Assembly: GCA_965247095.1 (NCBI GenBank)
Contig: OZ251997.1
Location: forward strand, 96,001 to 160,000
From: Candidatus Multivorans sp.
GTDB taxonomy: Bacteria; Acidobacteriota; Thermoanaerobaculia; Multivoradales; Multivoraceae
Reading direction: 5' to 3'
Length of the DNA stretch: 64,000 nt
Within the stretch, counting starts at the first letter, position 1, and every line of letters begins with the position of its first letter. Below the pieces are notes generated by a model. It searched no databases. It was not told where the DNA came from and saw only the letters and a program-made list of their open reading frames with translations. Shown one piece after another: positions 1 to 10,460 of the stretch. The position numbers and the translations under genes were made by a program.

Positions 1-1
1 G

Positions 2-232
2 GCGCTGGCCAGCCGCCTCTTCGGCTTGACTCCGGAGGAATGTCTGACGGGAGTGACGCGCCATGCCGCTCGGGCGCTCGGCCTCCTTGGAGATCGCGGC
101 ACGCTCGAAGTGGGGAAGCGGGCCGACATCGCGATCTGGGACATCGGCCATCCGCGGGATCTGAGCTACTGGCTCGGCCGCCGGCAGCTCGCCGATCTGC
201 TGGTCGCGGGCGCCGCTCCGGCGATCGGATGA
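2..232 (+). CDS. hutI: Imidazolonepropionase / amidohydrolase, 3' end only (runs off window start)
   Basis: [19 protein letters not shown]...[15 protein letters not shown]...DLSYWLG resembles the HutI C-terminus. Confidence 0.7.
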   Translation, partial: ALASRLFGLTPEECLTGVTRHAARALGLLGDRGTLEVGKRADIAIWDIGHPRDLSYWLGRRQLADLLVAGAAPAIG

Positions 233-271
233 CGATCTGCCAGCAAAGCCATTGCGGGTAGATTGCCGCGC

Positions 272-1738
272 ATGTCGATGAAGCACTTGCACAGAATCGT
301 CGCCGCGGGGTTGTTGTTGCTGGCATCTGCGGCCGGTTCGCCGTCGGCCGGGCAGAACTCGAGCGCGCGGAACCTGCCCCCGGCCGAAGACATGGAACTG
401 GCCCGCGCGCTGCTCGAGCAACTCATCGAGATCGACACCACGGACACCGAGCGGGGCGACAACACGCGCGCCGCGCAGGCCATGGCCGATGCCCTGCTCG
501 ACGCCGGTCTGCCGGCGGAAGACGTGCAGGTCCTGGTCCCGGACGGCTTTCCCACCAAGGGCAACCTGGTGGCCCGGCTCCGGGGCAGCAACCCGGACGC
601 CGCGCCGATTCTGCTGCTCGCGCACATCGATGTCGTCGAAGCGCTGCCCGAGGATTGGAGTCCCGACATCCATCCCTTCGATTTCATGGAGCGCGACGGC
701 TACTTCTACGGCCGCGGTACGTCGGATGACAAGGACGAATGCGCCATCCACACCGCGAACCTGATTCGCCTGCACCGGGAGGGGTTCGTCCCCGACCGGG
801 ACATCGTGATTGGCCTGACCGCCGATGAGGAGGGCGGAACGCGCAACGGCGTCCAGTTCCTGCTTGAGGAGCACCGGGGGCTGATCGACGCCGCCTTCGC
901 GCTGAACGAGGGCGGCGGCGGCATGGAGCGGGAGGGCCGCAAGGTCTCGAACAATGTGCAGAGCGCCGAGAAGGTGTACCAGTCCTTCGACTTTGCGGCC
1001 AGGAATCCAGGCGGCCATTCGTCGCTGCCGGTGAAGAAGAACGCGATCTACGAGCTGTCTCAGGCGCTGCTCGCGGTCCAGGAGGTCGAGTTCCCGGTCA
1101 TGTTGAACGAAGTCACCGAAGAGTTCTTCGATCGTTCGGCCGAGCTGATCGGCGGCGAGATCGGTGAGGCGATGCGCCGCGTTGCGGCCGACCCGGATGA
1201 CGCCGGTGCGCTGGCGGTCCTGTCGCGGCAGCCCGCTTACAACGCGCGCCTGCGGACCACCTGCGTCGCCACCCAGATCGAGGGCGGTCATGCCGAGAAC
1301 GCGCTGCCGCAGTTGGCGCGGGCGAACGTCAACTGCCGCCTCCTCCCCGACCATGACCCGGCCGATGTAGCGAAGGCGCTACAGGCGCTCGTCGACCCGT
1401 TCGGCGTCACGGTGGAGCCCAAGGCCGAGGCCAGGCCCAGCCCGCCGTCGCCCCTGACCGACGAGGTGCTGGGCGCGATCACGCGGATCACCGAGCAGAT
1501 GTGGCCGGGTGTGCCGGTCCTCCCGGTGATGTCGACCGGCGCCACGGACGGCCTCTATCTGCGCAATGCCGGCATCCCGGTCTACGGCGTGAGCGGCATC
1601 TTCGGCGACATGGACGATGTCCGCGCCCACGGCCGGGACGAACGGATCCGGATCGACCACTTCCACGAAGGCCAGGAGTTCCTGTACCGGTTGGTCAAGG
1701 CGCTGGCCGGAGTTCCACGGCGGCGCCGCGCAGCATGA
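272..1738 (+). CDS. Secreted M20/M25/M40 family metallopeptidase
   Basis: Signal peptide; AHIDVV, GRGTSDDK, ADEE, GGHSS, TGATDG and RAHGRDE motifs; ATG at 272 lies 7 nt after a TAGATT -10-like box. Confidence 0.88.
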   Translation: MSMKHLHRIVAAGLLLLASAAGSPSAGQNSSARNLPPAEDMELARALLEQLIEIDTTDTERGDNTRAAQAMADALLDAGLPAEDVQVLVPDGFPTKGNLVARLRGSNPDAAPILLLAHIDVVEALPEDWSPDIHPFDFMERDGYFYGRGTSDDKDECAIHTANLIRLHREGFVPDRDIVIGLTADEEGGTRNGVQFLLEEHRGLIDAAFALNEGGGGMEREGRKVSNNVQSAEKVYQSFDFAARNPGGHSSLPVKKNAIYELSQALLAVQEVEFPVMLNEVTEEFFDRSAELIGGEIGEAMRRVAADPDDAGALAVLSRQPAYNARLRTTCVATQIEGGHAENALPQLARANVNCRLLPDHDPADVAKALQALVDPFGVTVEPKAEARPSPPSPLTDEVLGAITRITEQMWPGVPVLPVMSTGATDGLYLRNAGIPVYGVSGIFGDMDDVRAHGRDERIRIDHFHEGQEFLYRLVKALAGVPRRRRAA

Positions 1739-4142
1739 CCGCGAAGACGCGGTAGCGCTCGTCGAAGGAAGCGGCGTCGGTCTCGCCGGGAACCGCGCCC
1801 CGGAAGCGGGCGCGCAGGAGACCTGGATTCTCGAAGCGTTGGGCGATGTCGGGCCGGTCATGGTTGAGCCCCATGTTGGTCAGGAAGTGGCCGTCGCGGT
1901 AGAGGACGATCTGGCGTGGCCGTTCACCTCGCCTCGCATCCACAGCCCAGCCTTCGATATCGACCCGGTTCGCTGACGCGGCTACGCCCAGCTCCCCTTC
2001 GAAACCGTCGCCGGTCCGCCGCACAGTCAGCCGGCGGCCGTCGGTGGTTGGGAGAATCTCTCGATTCCCGGGCGCCCATTCGAAGGGCAGGTAGGAGAAA
2101 CGGAGCCGGCTTGCCACCCCGCGCCGCGACACGGCGTAGGCGACGGCGCCTTCGCGCTCCACGAGGCCGCGATCGGCCGACATCCGGAACGCGAAGCCGC
2201 TGTTCTCGAACGACGGTCCGTAGAGGGCGCCGAGATCGGGCCGGCGGTGGGGGCCGGGCTGGTGGACGGTCATCTCGCCGCCGATGAAGAGGACGACCGC
2301 TTCGACCCCGCGCGGGTCCGGCGGCTCGTCGCGAATGAAGCCGCTGACGATGAACTCGGCCATGCCCTTGGCCGGCTCGGGGCCGGGGCGGGGAAGCACC
2401 GCATCGAGAGCGCCGTCGAAGCCGCTCGGAGGGGGGGCGATGGGAATGCGGCTCGGCGGCTCCGATTCCCCCTCGGCTGCGTGGTGCCGGAGCACGGCCT
2501 CAAGGTCGCCGGCGGCGCTTCGGGCGACCTCGTACCGGTATGGGTCGGCCTCGCGCCGGGATCCCAGATCGCGCTCAACCAGCGAGTGGAGGCTCCACTC
2601 CTGCCCGTGGTCGAAGGCCTCGACCTGTTCGTAGCCGAGGTTCGACGGGAACCCGGCCCCTTCGCGCGGGTCCTGGACGCCGTAGTTGTCCGCTCGCAGA
2701 AGCAGCAGGTCCGGCAGGAACTTCTCGGCGGCAACGCGGCGCGGGACGTCGTAGCGCAGGCCGGGCGTGACCAGGCCGCCCCGATCGACGATGCGCAGCC
2801 CGCTGACCCAGCCGACGTGGCCGATCTCGCGCACCAGAACGGACGTGCTCGGCTCGTAGCGCTCGGCGAGCCATCGTCCCATGTCTTCCAGCCGTTGCTG
2901 CCGTGCCGTCGGTTCGACGCGGTGTCCGATCTGCTGGGACGTGTGGCGGAGCACGGGCAGCGTGAGTGCGAGGATCGGGACCGCCGTCAGCAGGACGGCA
3001 ACGAGCGGGCGTTGGGGGCCGATGCGGAGGTTGCGAGGCAGGAGTTCCGCCGCCTGTTGGCAGAGCCGCCCGGTTCCAACCAAGCAGGCGTGGACGCCCA
3101 GCGCGAGCAGGAACGCGCCGAGGATGGTCAGCGTGTAGTAGTGCCACGTGTAGCCCGGCAGCGATCCGATCGCGGCATAGCCGACGAGAGCGCCGAGCGG
3201 GAACGCGATCAGGGGCCAAAGGGCGGCGCGGCGACGGAGGAGCGCGGTGGCGCCGACGACCAGAAGAGCCACAAGGAGCAGCGGGCCGGCGATCGTCTGC
3301 GCCAGGGAGGGGTTGTACGCCGCAAGCAGGCTCTTGCCCGCCTCGCTGTAGATCTCTCGAACCAGATCCAGGTAGTGCCACGGCGAGGCGATGCTCTCGC
3401 CCTCTTTTGCGCCCAGCGTCTTCGGCAGGACATCGCCGTAGTAGGCGAACGCGAAGAGGAGCCACGGCAGCGCCACGGCCAGCGCCGCCAGCGCCTGACG
3501 GATTGGCGCCTCCCGGCGGCGCAGCCAGCCGTGGGCGATCAACATGGCCGCGAGCAGGGCGCCCTCGGGTCGGGTCAGGAACAGCAATGCGGCCACGACG
3601 GCGGCCGCGGTGGCGCGATCGCTCAGGTGAAGGTCGAGCGCCAGCAGAAAGAGCAGGGCGAAGAGGTGCATCTCCATCCCCACGTACAGGTAGTTGTAGG
3701 CGACCGCGGGATTGAAGGTGACGAGGGCGACCGCCAGGGGCGCGGCGGGCCCGGCACCGAGACGAACCAGCAGTCTGGCGGCGAGCGCGGCCGTGCCCAG
3801 CATGCACAACATGCCGAACCCGTTCTGCCAGGCCGCCGCTTGATTGCCGCCGACGACCACGAACGCGCTGCTCAGCACGGTGAACAGCGGCGTCGTGAAG
3901 CCCATGACCCGCTCGCCGGCGTTGTAGACGAGGCCGTTGCCCTCCGCCAGGTTGCGGGCGTAGCGGAGGACGATCAACTGGTCCTCGAACTGCAGCCGCA
4001 GGGCGAGGTTGGGGATCAGGCGGGCGGCAAACCAGGCGCCGAAGACGCCGAAGGCGGTCCACGAGAGCAAGGCAACGCGTCCCGGGCGCTCTGCAGGCAG
4101 AGCGGGTCGTGAGCCGCTAGCGCCACGGTCCAGATTCTGCAT
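1695..4142 (-). CDS. Polytopic GT-C-fold glycosyltransferase-like membrane protein with C-terminal extracellular beta domains
   Basis: EDQLIVLRYARNLAEGNGLVYNAGERVMGFTTPLF, GME and LTRPEG, YYGDVLPKT motifs; many hydrophobic helices; soluble C-terminal region. Confidence 0.75.
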   Translation of the reverse strand: MQNLDRGASGSRPALPAERPGRVALLSWTAFGVFGAWFAARLIPNLALRLQFEDQLIVLRYARNLAEGNGLVYNAGERVMGFTTPLFTVLSSAFVVVGGNQAAAWQNGFGMLCMLGTAALAARLLVRLGAGPAAPLAVALVTFNPAVAYNYLYVGMEMHLFALLFLLALDLHLSDRATAAAVVAALLFLTRPEGALLAAMLIAHGWLRRREAPIRQALAALAVALPWLLFAFAYYGDVLPKTLGAKEGESIASPWHYLDLVREIYSEAGKSLLAAYNPSLAQTIAGPLLLVALLVVGATALLRRRAALWPLIAFPLGALVGYAAIGSLPGYTWHYYTLTILGAFLLALGVHACLVGTGRLCQQAAELLPRNLRIGPQRPLVAVLLTAVPILALTLPVLRHTSQQIGHRVEPTARQQRLEDMGRWLAERYEPSTSVLVREIGHVGWVSGLRIVDRGGLVTPGLRYDVPRRVAAEKFLPDLLLLRADNYGVQDPREGAGFPSNLGYEQVEAFDHGQEWSLHSLVERDLGSRREADPYRYEVARSAAGDLEAVLRHHAAEGESEPPSRIPIAPPPSGFDGALDAVLPRPGPEPAKGMAEFIVSGFIRDEPPDPRGVEAVVLFIGGEMTVHQPGPHRRPDLGALYGPSFENSGFAFRMSADRGLVEREGAVAYAVSRRGVASRLRFSYLPFEWAPGNREILPTTDGRRLTVRRTGDGFEGELGVAASANRVDIEGWAVDARRGERPRQIVLYRDGHFLTNMGLNHDRPDIAQRFENPGLLRARFRGAVPGETDAASFDERYRVFAVMLRGAAVELRPAP

Positions 4143-4168
4143 TCTCGGCTTGGCGCCAGCCCAGCTTG

Positions 4169-7100
4169 CTAGGGAGCCTCGGTGGATGCGGGGAGGATCG
4201 GCAGTTCGACGGCTACGCCACGGAGCATTACGGCGAAGACCCTGTGATCCTCGGCGAAGGTCAGGGGGGCCGGAGCGCCACGAACGGCGGCCCGAAAACC
4301 GGTTCTCAGCAACAGCTCGTTGTCGAAGTGTGAGGCAATGTCCGGGCGCTCGCGGTCGATGCCAAGCGTCGCAAGGTGTTCTTCGCCGCGGTAGACGACG
4401 ATCTGCCGGGGTGCTTCGCCGCGGTCGAGGTCAGCCGCCCAGCCCTCGATCAGAGTGCGGCGCCCGGGCTTGGACACGAGGTCGATCGCGCCATCGAAGC
4501 CGTTACCAGGTGCCTGGATGACGAGTTCGCGACCGTCGCTTACAGGGAGGATCTCCGCATTGCCCCGTCTGCGTTCGATCGGTCGGTAGGAGAAGCGCAG
4601 CCGAGTCGCTACTCCTCTGCGTGAGGCCGCATAGGCAACCAGGCCTTCCCGGCGAATCCGTTCTTTTGCATCCGCCGTGAGTTCGGGGAGCTTGTCCGTT
4701 GCGGAGGAAGCCTGTGAGAGAAGCAGGAAGCCGCTGAAGAGATGTTCCTGGCCGTGGCGCTCCGCGACACCTCTCCTTTCCGAGCCGGTCTGGCCAACCC
4801 AGAACTCCTGGCCACCCAGGAAGGCGACGATCTCGAGGCTGCGCCCAGGATTCTGCAGGTCCGCGGCCCAGCCGACGATCTCCGGCCCGTCGGCCGGACC
4901 GCCGTCCAGGAAGCCGACCAGACCGTCGTCGCTTCGTCCGATCTCGATCCGTCGCGGTTCGACATCGGCGACGCCGACAGGCCGGCGCAGCAGGGCGACC
5001 GCGCGGCCACTGGCGTTCCGGGACGGCTCGAAAGTCCCAGGCATCTGCGTGGACGGGGAGATGTCCTGCACGCGGTCGCCGCGTCTCGCCAACACGCGGA
5101 GATCAGCCGTCACTGTAGACGACGCTGGCATGAAGATGCGGAACGCGATCTCCTTCCGCGCGTTGGGCCCTTTCCAGGTGCGTCTCAGCAGAGAGTCGTC
5201 CTCGCCTCGGTAGATGAGTTCCTCGCCATCGAAGACGAAGAACTCGTCGGGGCGCTCGCCGTCGGGTTCCGAGGTCAGGTGACCGCGAATGCCTCCGCTC
5301 ACTACTTCTACATCCGATTCGTACAGTTCATCCGTGCCGGTGACCGAAGTGCCTCCGGGCAGCTCGAGGGCGCTTAGTTGCGTGTTCTCGATCAAGAGAC
5401 GTGGCTGCTGGCCAATTCCCGGGAGAGGCCGCAGAACAGATGCTCCCAGGTCCCCCGAACGGGGCTCTTCGATCGTGTAGGCGCCGATGCGATGACTCCC
5501 GGCGGGCAGCCACCGCTCGTGAACCAGAGCCGAGAACAGGCTGGCGTCACGGTCGGTGAAGGTCGAAGTCGTGGCTCGAACGACGCCGTCCACCGACACC
5601 GCAAGCGGGGTCCCGTCGGCGATTCGAGGCTCGATGCGCCCGCTGATCAGGCTGGGGACGAAGCCGGTCTCCCGCTGTACATTGCCGTAGGCCCCCGCGC
5701 CGTAGAGCGTGGCTTGGCCCACGCTTGAGGAACCGCCGCCGTTGGCGCCCGTCGTCAGCTCGGCGGCGGAGCGGCCGAGCAGGTTGGGTCTGGGTCCCGC
5801 GGCGAACACGCCCTCGAACGGGTGGGACGAGACGTCTGGCGCCACGGCGCCTTCTGCCGCGCCGGGGACGGCGCCGTCGCCGAACAGTTCATACAGACGA
5901 TCGCGCGTCTCCTGGCGGCGTTTGGCGCTGGTTTCGAAGGACCGCGCCACCGGCATCGATGCGTAGCAGCAGGCGGTGACCGGACGCGGCGCCCGGTCGT
6001 TCACGTGCGTGCCATCGACCTCCCATGGCGGCTGGGCGCCCAGCGCGGCGGCGATCGTTGGCACGATGTCGATCGTCCGTACCGTGTGTTCGAACACGGC
6101 GCCTTCGGCCTGGCCCGGATTCTTGACGAACAGGGGTACTTCGAGGATGTCCTCGGCAGATGCGTCGAGGACCACGCGACCGCGTTCGCCGGGACGGAAG
6201 CTGCGGCCGTGGTCCGCGGTGACGACGACCAGCGCGCGTTCATAGATGCCGGTGCTCTTCAATCGATCGATGATCTGGCCCAGCACGCGATCCGCGTAGC
6301 CGACCTGCAGGAGATGACGCCGCCATCCCTGCGTGACAAGTTGCAGGTCGTCGGGCACGAACTCGCTGAAACCCGGGGGCATGATCGAAGAGCCGACAGG
6401 CGTGTATTCGAGGCCCGACGGCAGGTACTTCCAGGGGACGTGCGGGAGATTCAGGTGGAGAAAGTGAAGTGTAGGGGCGCCCTCGCTGTAGGTCTCGATC
6501 CGGTCCAGGTAGTCGTCCACAATGCGGGGAGCGTTGTGATGGAGCCCTCGTCCCGGGCCGCCGAGATCGTTCATGGGGTCATCGTCGGGGCGGCCGCGGC
6601 CGCGGAATCCGCTCAAGGTCTGCGTGACGTCGGGTAGCGCGACCGCTAGAGACTCGGGTAGCAGCAAGTGCCCGTAGACGACGCTCAGGTCGTCGGCGGC
6701 GGACCTGAGGCGACCCCAGAAGCTGGGCGATTCCTGGTCGGTGCAGATGGAGGGCGGGCAGAGCAGGGAGGCCGTTTCGTAGGCGACGACGCGGTACCCG
6801 CCCCTGGTCGCCAACCAGGAGAGCAGGTTGGCAGGGTGGTCGTGGTAAAGAGCGACGGTGTCGCGAACAGGGAGTTTCCCGGTGAGCAGTGAGGGGATCG
6901 CCCTCGTGGTCTGCATGGCGGTGGTGACGGCACGGGAATACCAGTTCGCTTCTGCGGCGAGCGCGGCGAAGGCCGGGAATCGGTGTTCGTTGATTGAACC
7001 GTCTGGTCGTTGGAGTGAACTCGTCGGCAGTTCGTCGAAGACGACGAAGACGATTGGCAGACCTGTCTGCAGCGCGGGCGCTTCGACAATCGAAGGGTCG

Positions 7101-7633
7101 AGTTCGAAGTCGGCGCCCGAAGAGGTCGGGAGCATGCCGCGAACGGCGGGCCGCGCCAGGAAGGTGATCGGCGCGATCAACGCGGCCGCCGCGGTCAGTG
7201 CGATCAGGTTGGAGACCGGGCGATAGCGGTTCAGGCAGACGGCAAACCCGATGCCGCCGGCACACGCCGCCAGGACGGCCGCCGCTCCGGGCAATGAGTC
7301 GACGAGTTGCAGCAGGAATGCGGCGGCGAACAGAGCGGAGAAGCAACCGGCCCAGACGCGCCCCAAGCGGCTCTCTCTGAAGGCCGCGAACAGGAGCGGC
7401 GCCGCCAGCGCGGTGGGGACGAGGAGAACCAGTCCCAGCGCGAGGACGGGAAGCTGCAGGCCGAACAAGCGGTGCGCGGCGATGAAGTCCGGTTCCCGGC
7501 CGATCAGATCGAGTATCGGTTGGGCTACGGCAAACGCCCACAGACCGTAGAGGTGCGCCGCGGGCAGGAAGCGGGCCGCCCTCCGCGCCGGCCTCGACTT
7601 GCGGTCGTTCGGCTTGGCGATCGCGCGCGGCAT
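4169..7633 (-). CDS. Membrane-anchored alkaline-phosphatase/sulfatase-superfamily transferase (LtaS/OpgB-like) with long C-terminal extracellular region
   Basis: About 5 N-terminal TM helices; VFDEL, T..AIPSLLTG, HLNLPHVP, VTADHG, VPLFVK and DIVPT motifs; start placed at MPRAIAK to avoid overlap with ispG. Confidence 0.78.
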   Translation of the reverse strand: MPRAIAKPNDRKSRPARRAARFLPAAHLYGLWAFAVAQPILDLIGREPDFIAAHRLFGLQLPVLALGLVLLVPTALAAPLLFAAFRESRLGRVWAGCFSALFAAAFLLQLVDSLPGAAAVLAACAGGIGFAVCLNRYRPVSNLIALTAAAALIAPITFLARPAVRGMLPTSSGADFELDPSIVEAPALQTGLPIVFVVFDELPTSSLQRPDGSINEHRFPAFAALAAEANWYSRAVTTAMQTTRAIPSLLTGKLPVRDTVALYHDHPANLLSWLATRGGYRVVAYETASLLCPPSICTDQESPSFWGRLRSAADDLSVVYGHLLLPESLAVALPDVTQTLSGFRGRGRPDDDPMNDLGGPGRGLHHNAPRIVDDYLDRIETYSEGAPTLHFLHLNLPHVPWKYLPSGLEYTPVGSSIMPPGFSEFVPDDLQLVTQGWRRHLLQVGYADRVLGQIIDRLKSTGIYERALVVVTADHGRSFRPGERGRVVLDASAEDILEVPLFVKNPGQAEGAVFEHTVRTIDIVPTIAAALGAQPPWEVDGTHVNDRAPRPVTACCYASMPVARSFETSAKRRQETRDRLYELFGDGAVPGAAEGAVAPDVSSHPFEGVFAAGPRPNLLGRSAAELTTGANGGGSSSVGQATLYGAGAYGNVQRETGFVPSLISGRIEPRIADGTPLAVSVDGVVRATTSTFTDRDASLFSALVHERWLPAGSHRIGAYTIEEPRSGDLGASVLRPLPGIGQQPRLLIENTQLSALELPGGTSVTGTDELYESDVEVVSGGIRGHLTSEPDGERPDEFFVFDGEELIYRGEDDSLLRRTWKGPNARKEIAFRIFMPASSTVTADLRVLARRGDRVQDISPSTQMPGTFEPSRNASGRAVALLRRPVGVADVEPRRIEIGRSDDGLVGFLDGGPADGPEIVGWAADLQNPGRSLEIVAFLGGQEFWVGQTGSERRGVAERHGQEHLFSGFLLLSQASSATDKLPELTADAKERIRREGLVAYAASRRGVATRLRFSYRPIERRRGNAEILPVSDGRELVIQAPGNGFDGAIDLVSKPGRRTLIEGWAADLDRGEAPRQIVVYRGEEHLATLGIDRERPDIASHFDNELLLRTGFRAAVRGAPAPLTFAEDHRVFAVMLRGVAVELPILPASTEAP

Positions 7634-7681
7634 CAAGCCGCGTATGTTAGTCCTCTCCGGGGCTGTTAGCCTGCCCACGTT

Positions 7682-8923
7682 GTGAAGGCAGCCGCGCCGG
7701 AAACCCACCGCAGTCAGACCCACGCGGTCGACATCGGCGGCGTGGTCGTCGGCGGCGGCGCGCCGGTCGTCGTGCAGTCGATGACCAGCACCGACACCGC
7801 CGATGTGGAGGCGACGACCGCCCAGACACTCGCGCTTGCCGAAGCTGGTTCGGAACTGGTGCGCATCACGGTCAACGTGGACGCGGCGGCGGTCGCGGTG
7901 CCTGAGATCCGGTCACGGCTCGATGCGGAAGGCTGCGACGTGCCCCTGGTCGGGGACTTCCACTACAACGGCCACGTGCTGCTGGAACGGCACCCCGACT
8001 GCGCGCGGGCGCTGGCGAAACTGCGCATCAACCCCGGCAATGTCGGCCGCGGCGGCCGCCGGGACCCGCAGTTCGCGGCGATCTGCGAGGTGGCGCGGAA
8101 GCTGGGCAAGCCGGTGCGGATCGGCGTCAACGGCGGGTCGCTCGACCAGGATCTGCTGGTGGCGAAGATGGAGGAGAACACCGAGCGGGACCTGGGCATG
8201 ACGTCGGAGCAGATCGTCGGCGAGTGCATGGTGCTGTCGGCTCTCCGTTCGACCGAGCTGGCGCTCGAATGCGGCCTGAGCGAGGAGCAGATCGTCATCT
8301 CGTGCAAGACATCCTCGCCGCGGGACCTGATCGGCGTCTACCGCGATCTGGCGAGCCGGACGAGGCAGCCGCTTCACCTCGGCCTGACCGAGGCCGGCAT
8401 GGGCCTCAAGGGGCTGGTGTGGTCGTCGTCGGCGATGTCCGTCCTGCTGGCCGAGGGCATCGGCGACACGATTCGCGTCTCCCTGACCCCGCGCCCCGGC
8501 GGCGACCGTCGCGAAGAGGTCCACGCCTGCCGGGAGCTTCTGCAGGCGCTGGGGCTGCGCGCCTTCGCCCCCAGCGTCACCGCCTGCCCCGGCTGCGGCC
8601 GCACGACCAGCACAACGTTCCAGGAGCTCACCCTGCAGGTGGAGGACTTCATCGGCGCCAGGATGCCCGAGTGGCGGATTCGCTACGAAGGCGTCGAAGA
8701 ACTGAAGCTCGCGGTCATGGGCTGCGTCGTCAACGGACCGGGCGAATCGAAGGCGGCCGACATCGGCATCTCCCTGCCCGGCACCGGCGAGGCCCCGACC
8801 TGCCCGGTCTACGTCGACGGCCGCCAGTTCACGACGCTCCGCGGCACCGCGGCGGAACTGTCCGAACAGTTCACGCGGATCGTGGCGGAGTACGTGGAGA
8901 GTAGGTATCCGGTGAAGGCCTAG
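7682..8923 (+). CDS. ispG: (E)-4-hydroxy-3-methylbut-2-enyl-diphosphate synthase
   Basis: [51 protein letters not shown] and [10 protein letters not shown] motifs. Confidence 0.97.
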   Translation: MKAAAPETHRSQTHAVDIGGVVVGGGAPVVVQSMTSTDTADVEATTAQTLALAEAGSELVRITVNVDAAAVAVPEIRSRLDAEGCDVPLVGDFHYNGHVLLERHPDCARALAKLRINPGNVGRGGRRDPQFAAICEVARKLGKPVRIGVNGGSLDQDLLVAKMEENTERDLGMTSEQIVGECMVLSALRSTELALECGLSEEQIVISCKTSSPRDLIGVYRDLASRTRQPLHLGLTEAGMGLKGLVWSSSAMSVLLAEGIGDTIRVSLTPRPGGDRREEVHACRELLQALGLRAFAPSVTACPGCGRTTSTTFQELTLQVEDFIGARMPEWRIRYEGVEELKLAVMGCVVNGPGESKAADIGISLPGTGEAPTCPVYVDGRQFTTLRGTAAELSEQFTRIVAEYVESRYPVKA

Positions 8924-8966
8924 GTGGCTAGACTGCCTAACGGTGGAACGGAGTAGGGAGAACCAG

Positions 8967-10460
8967 ATGAGTACCGAGAAAACGCCTCCAGGAAGTTCCG
9001 CTTCGCGGACGTGGCGGCGAATAGAGGACCTGCCCGGGGACTGGAGCGACCTCTGCCGTGAGGACCTGCGGGCGGTTCAGCGCCAGTGGATCGAGGACCG
9101 TAGGCTCATCAGGGATGAGGAGAAGATCGAGAAGTTCCAGGAGGAACTGGCGCTTCACTGGGCAGTTGAGACCGGGATCATCGAACGTCTGTACACTGCG
9201 GACCGAGGGGTCACAGTCCAGATAGCGAAGGCAGGCATGGAGGCGTTGGGGCAGTTCCACGCCCGCGGTCTCATTTCGCGAGATGCGCGTGCCTTGATCA
9301 CTGATCAGCGAGAGGCCTTGGAAATGGTCATGGACCTCGTCGGCGGAAACCGCGAACTCACCACGTCCTACATCAAGGAGCTGCACCACCGCCTAACGCT
9401 GAGCCAGGATACCTGTGAGGCGATTGAGCCCGCTTCAGGAAGGACAGTCAGTGTCCCGCTGCTGAAGGGTGCTTGGAAAAAACAGCCCAACAACCCGCTC
9501 AGACCTGACGGCTCGGTCCACGAGTACTGCCCGGCGGAACTTGTTCAGGAGCAGATGGACCGGCTTCTCGATTGGCACCAGGTACACGACGGAATCTGTC
9601 CGGAGGTCGAAGCGGCTTGGCTCCACCATCGGTTCACGCGGATTCACCCCTTTCAGGATGGAAACGGCCGCGTTGCCCGCGCCCTGACGAGTGCGGTCTT
9701 CCTGAAGGGTGGCTATCTCGTGCTTGTGGTACGCGACAAGGAGCATCGGGACCGTTATTTCGATGCACTGGAAGCAGCGGATGGCGGTCATCTCCAGCCG
9801 CTCGTCGACCTGTTCGCAGACATTCAGATCGGCGATCTGAATGAGGCAATCCGTTCACTCCGTGAACTTCGCGGCGCTGCAATCCCGTCAGTGTCGAGGT
9901 CGTTGGCCGAGCGCGCACGGCGAAGCAGGGAGTCAGCGCAGGCGGAAACGTCGGACCTAGTGGAGGGCTTAGTGGAGATCGCTACCGTGCGTTTGGAAGA
10001 GGCGGCTGCCGAGATGCGTCGGGCGTTCGGGAAGGAGGGAGTAATCATCGAGACGCGGATCCTCAGAGACTCGGACGGCCCCGAGAACGCCCGCGACTAT
10101 TGGAAATGGCAAATCGTCCAGACTGCAAAGCACCACCTCTACTTCGCGCAGCTCGACCGGCCCAAACGCTGGGTGGGGCTGCGCCTTGCGCTGCCTGGCA
10201 TGGAGCGCGAGGACGCGCGCCTCATAGTCTCATTTCACGCCGTGGGTCGCGCTGCAGACCTCCAGGCCGTGACCGCCTTCCTGACCGGACCGCTGGACAG
10301 GAAGGCGGACCTTGGGCGCTGGGAGAACGAGGTCGTCTCAGAGGCCCCTTTCAAGTTCGGTACCGTCGGTTACACCCTGGTCAAGATCAAAGAGCGCTTC
10401 AGATCGTGGCTCGAGAGGACCATAGGAAACGGCCTGAGCGCTTGGGGGGAAGGCCTGTAG
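8967..10460 (+). CDS. Fic family protein (AMPylase motif) with unknown C-terminal domain
   Basis: Canonical HPFQDGNGRVAR motif; GGGAGA RBS before ATG 8967 (alternative GTG at 8943). Confidence 0.9.
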   Translation: MSTEKTPPGSSASRTWRRIEDLPGDWSDLCREDLRAVQRQWIEDRRLIRDEEKIEKFQEELALHWAVETGIIERLYTADRGVTVQIAKAGMEALGQFHARGLISRDARALITDQREALEMVMDLVGGNRELTTSYIKELHHRLTLSQDTCEAIEPASGRTVSVPLLKGAWKKQPNNPLRPDGSVHEYCPAELVQEQMDRLLDWHQVHDGICPEVEAAWLHHRFTRIHPFQDGNGRVARALTSAVFLKGGYLVLVVRDKEHRDRYFDALEAADGGHLQPLVDLFADIQIGDLNEAIRSLRELRGAAIPSVSRSLAERARRSRESAQAETSDLVEGLVEIATVRLEEAAAEMRRAFGKEGVIIETRILRDSDGPENARDYWKWQIVQTAKHHLYFAQLDRPKRWVGLRLALPGMEREDARLIVSFHAVGRAADLQAVTAFLTGPLDRKADLGRWENEVVSEAPFKFGTVGYTLVKIKERFRSWLERTIGNGLSAWGEGL

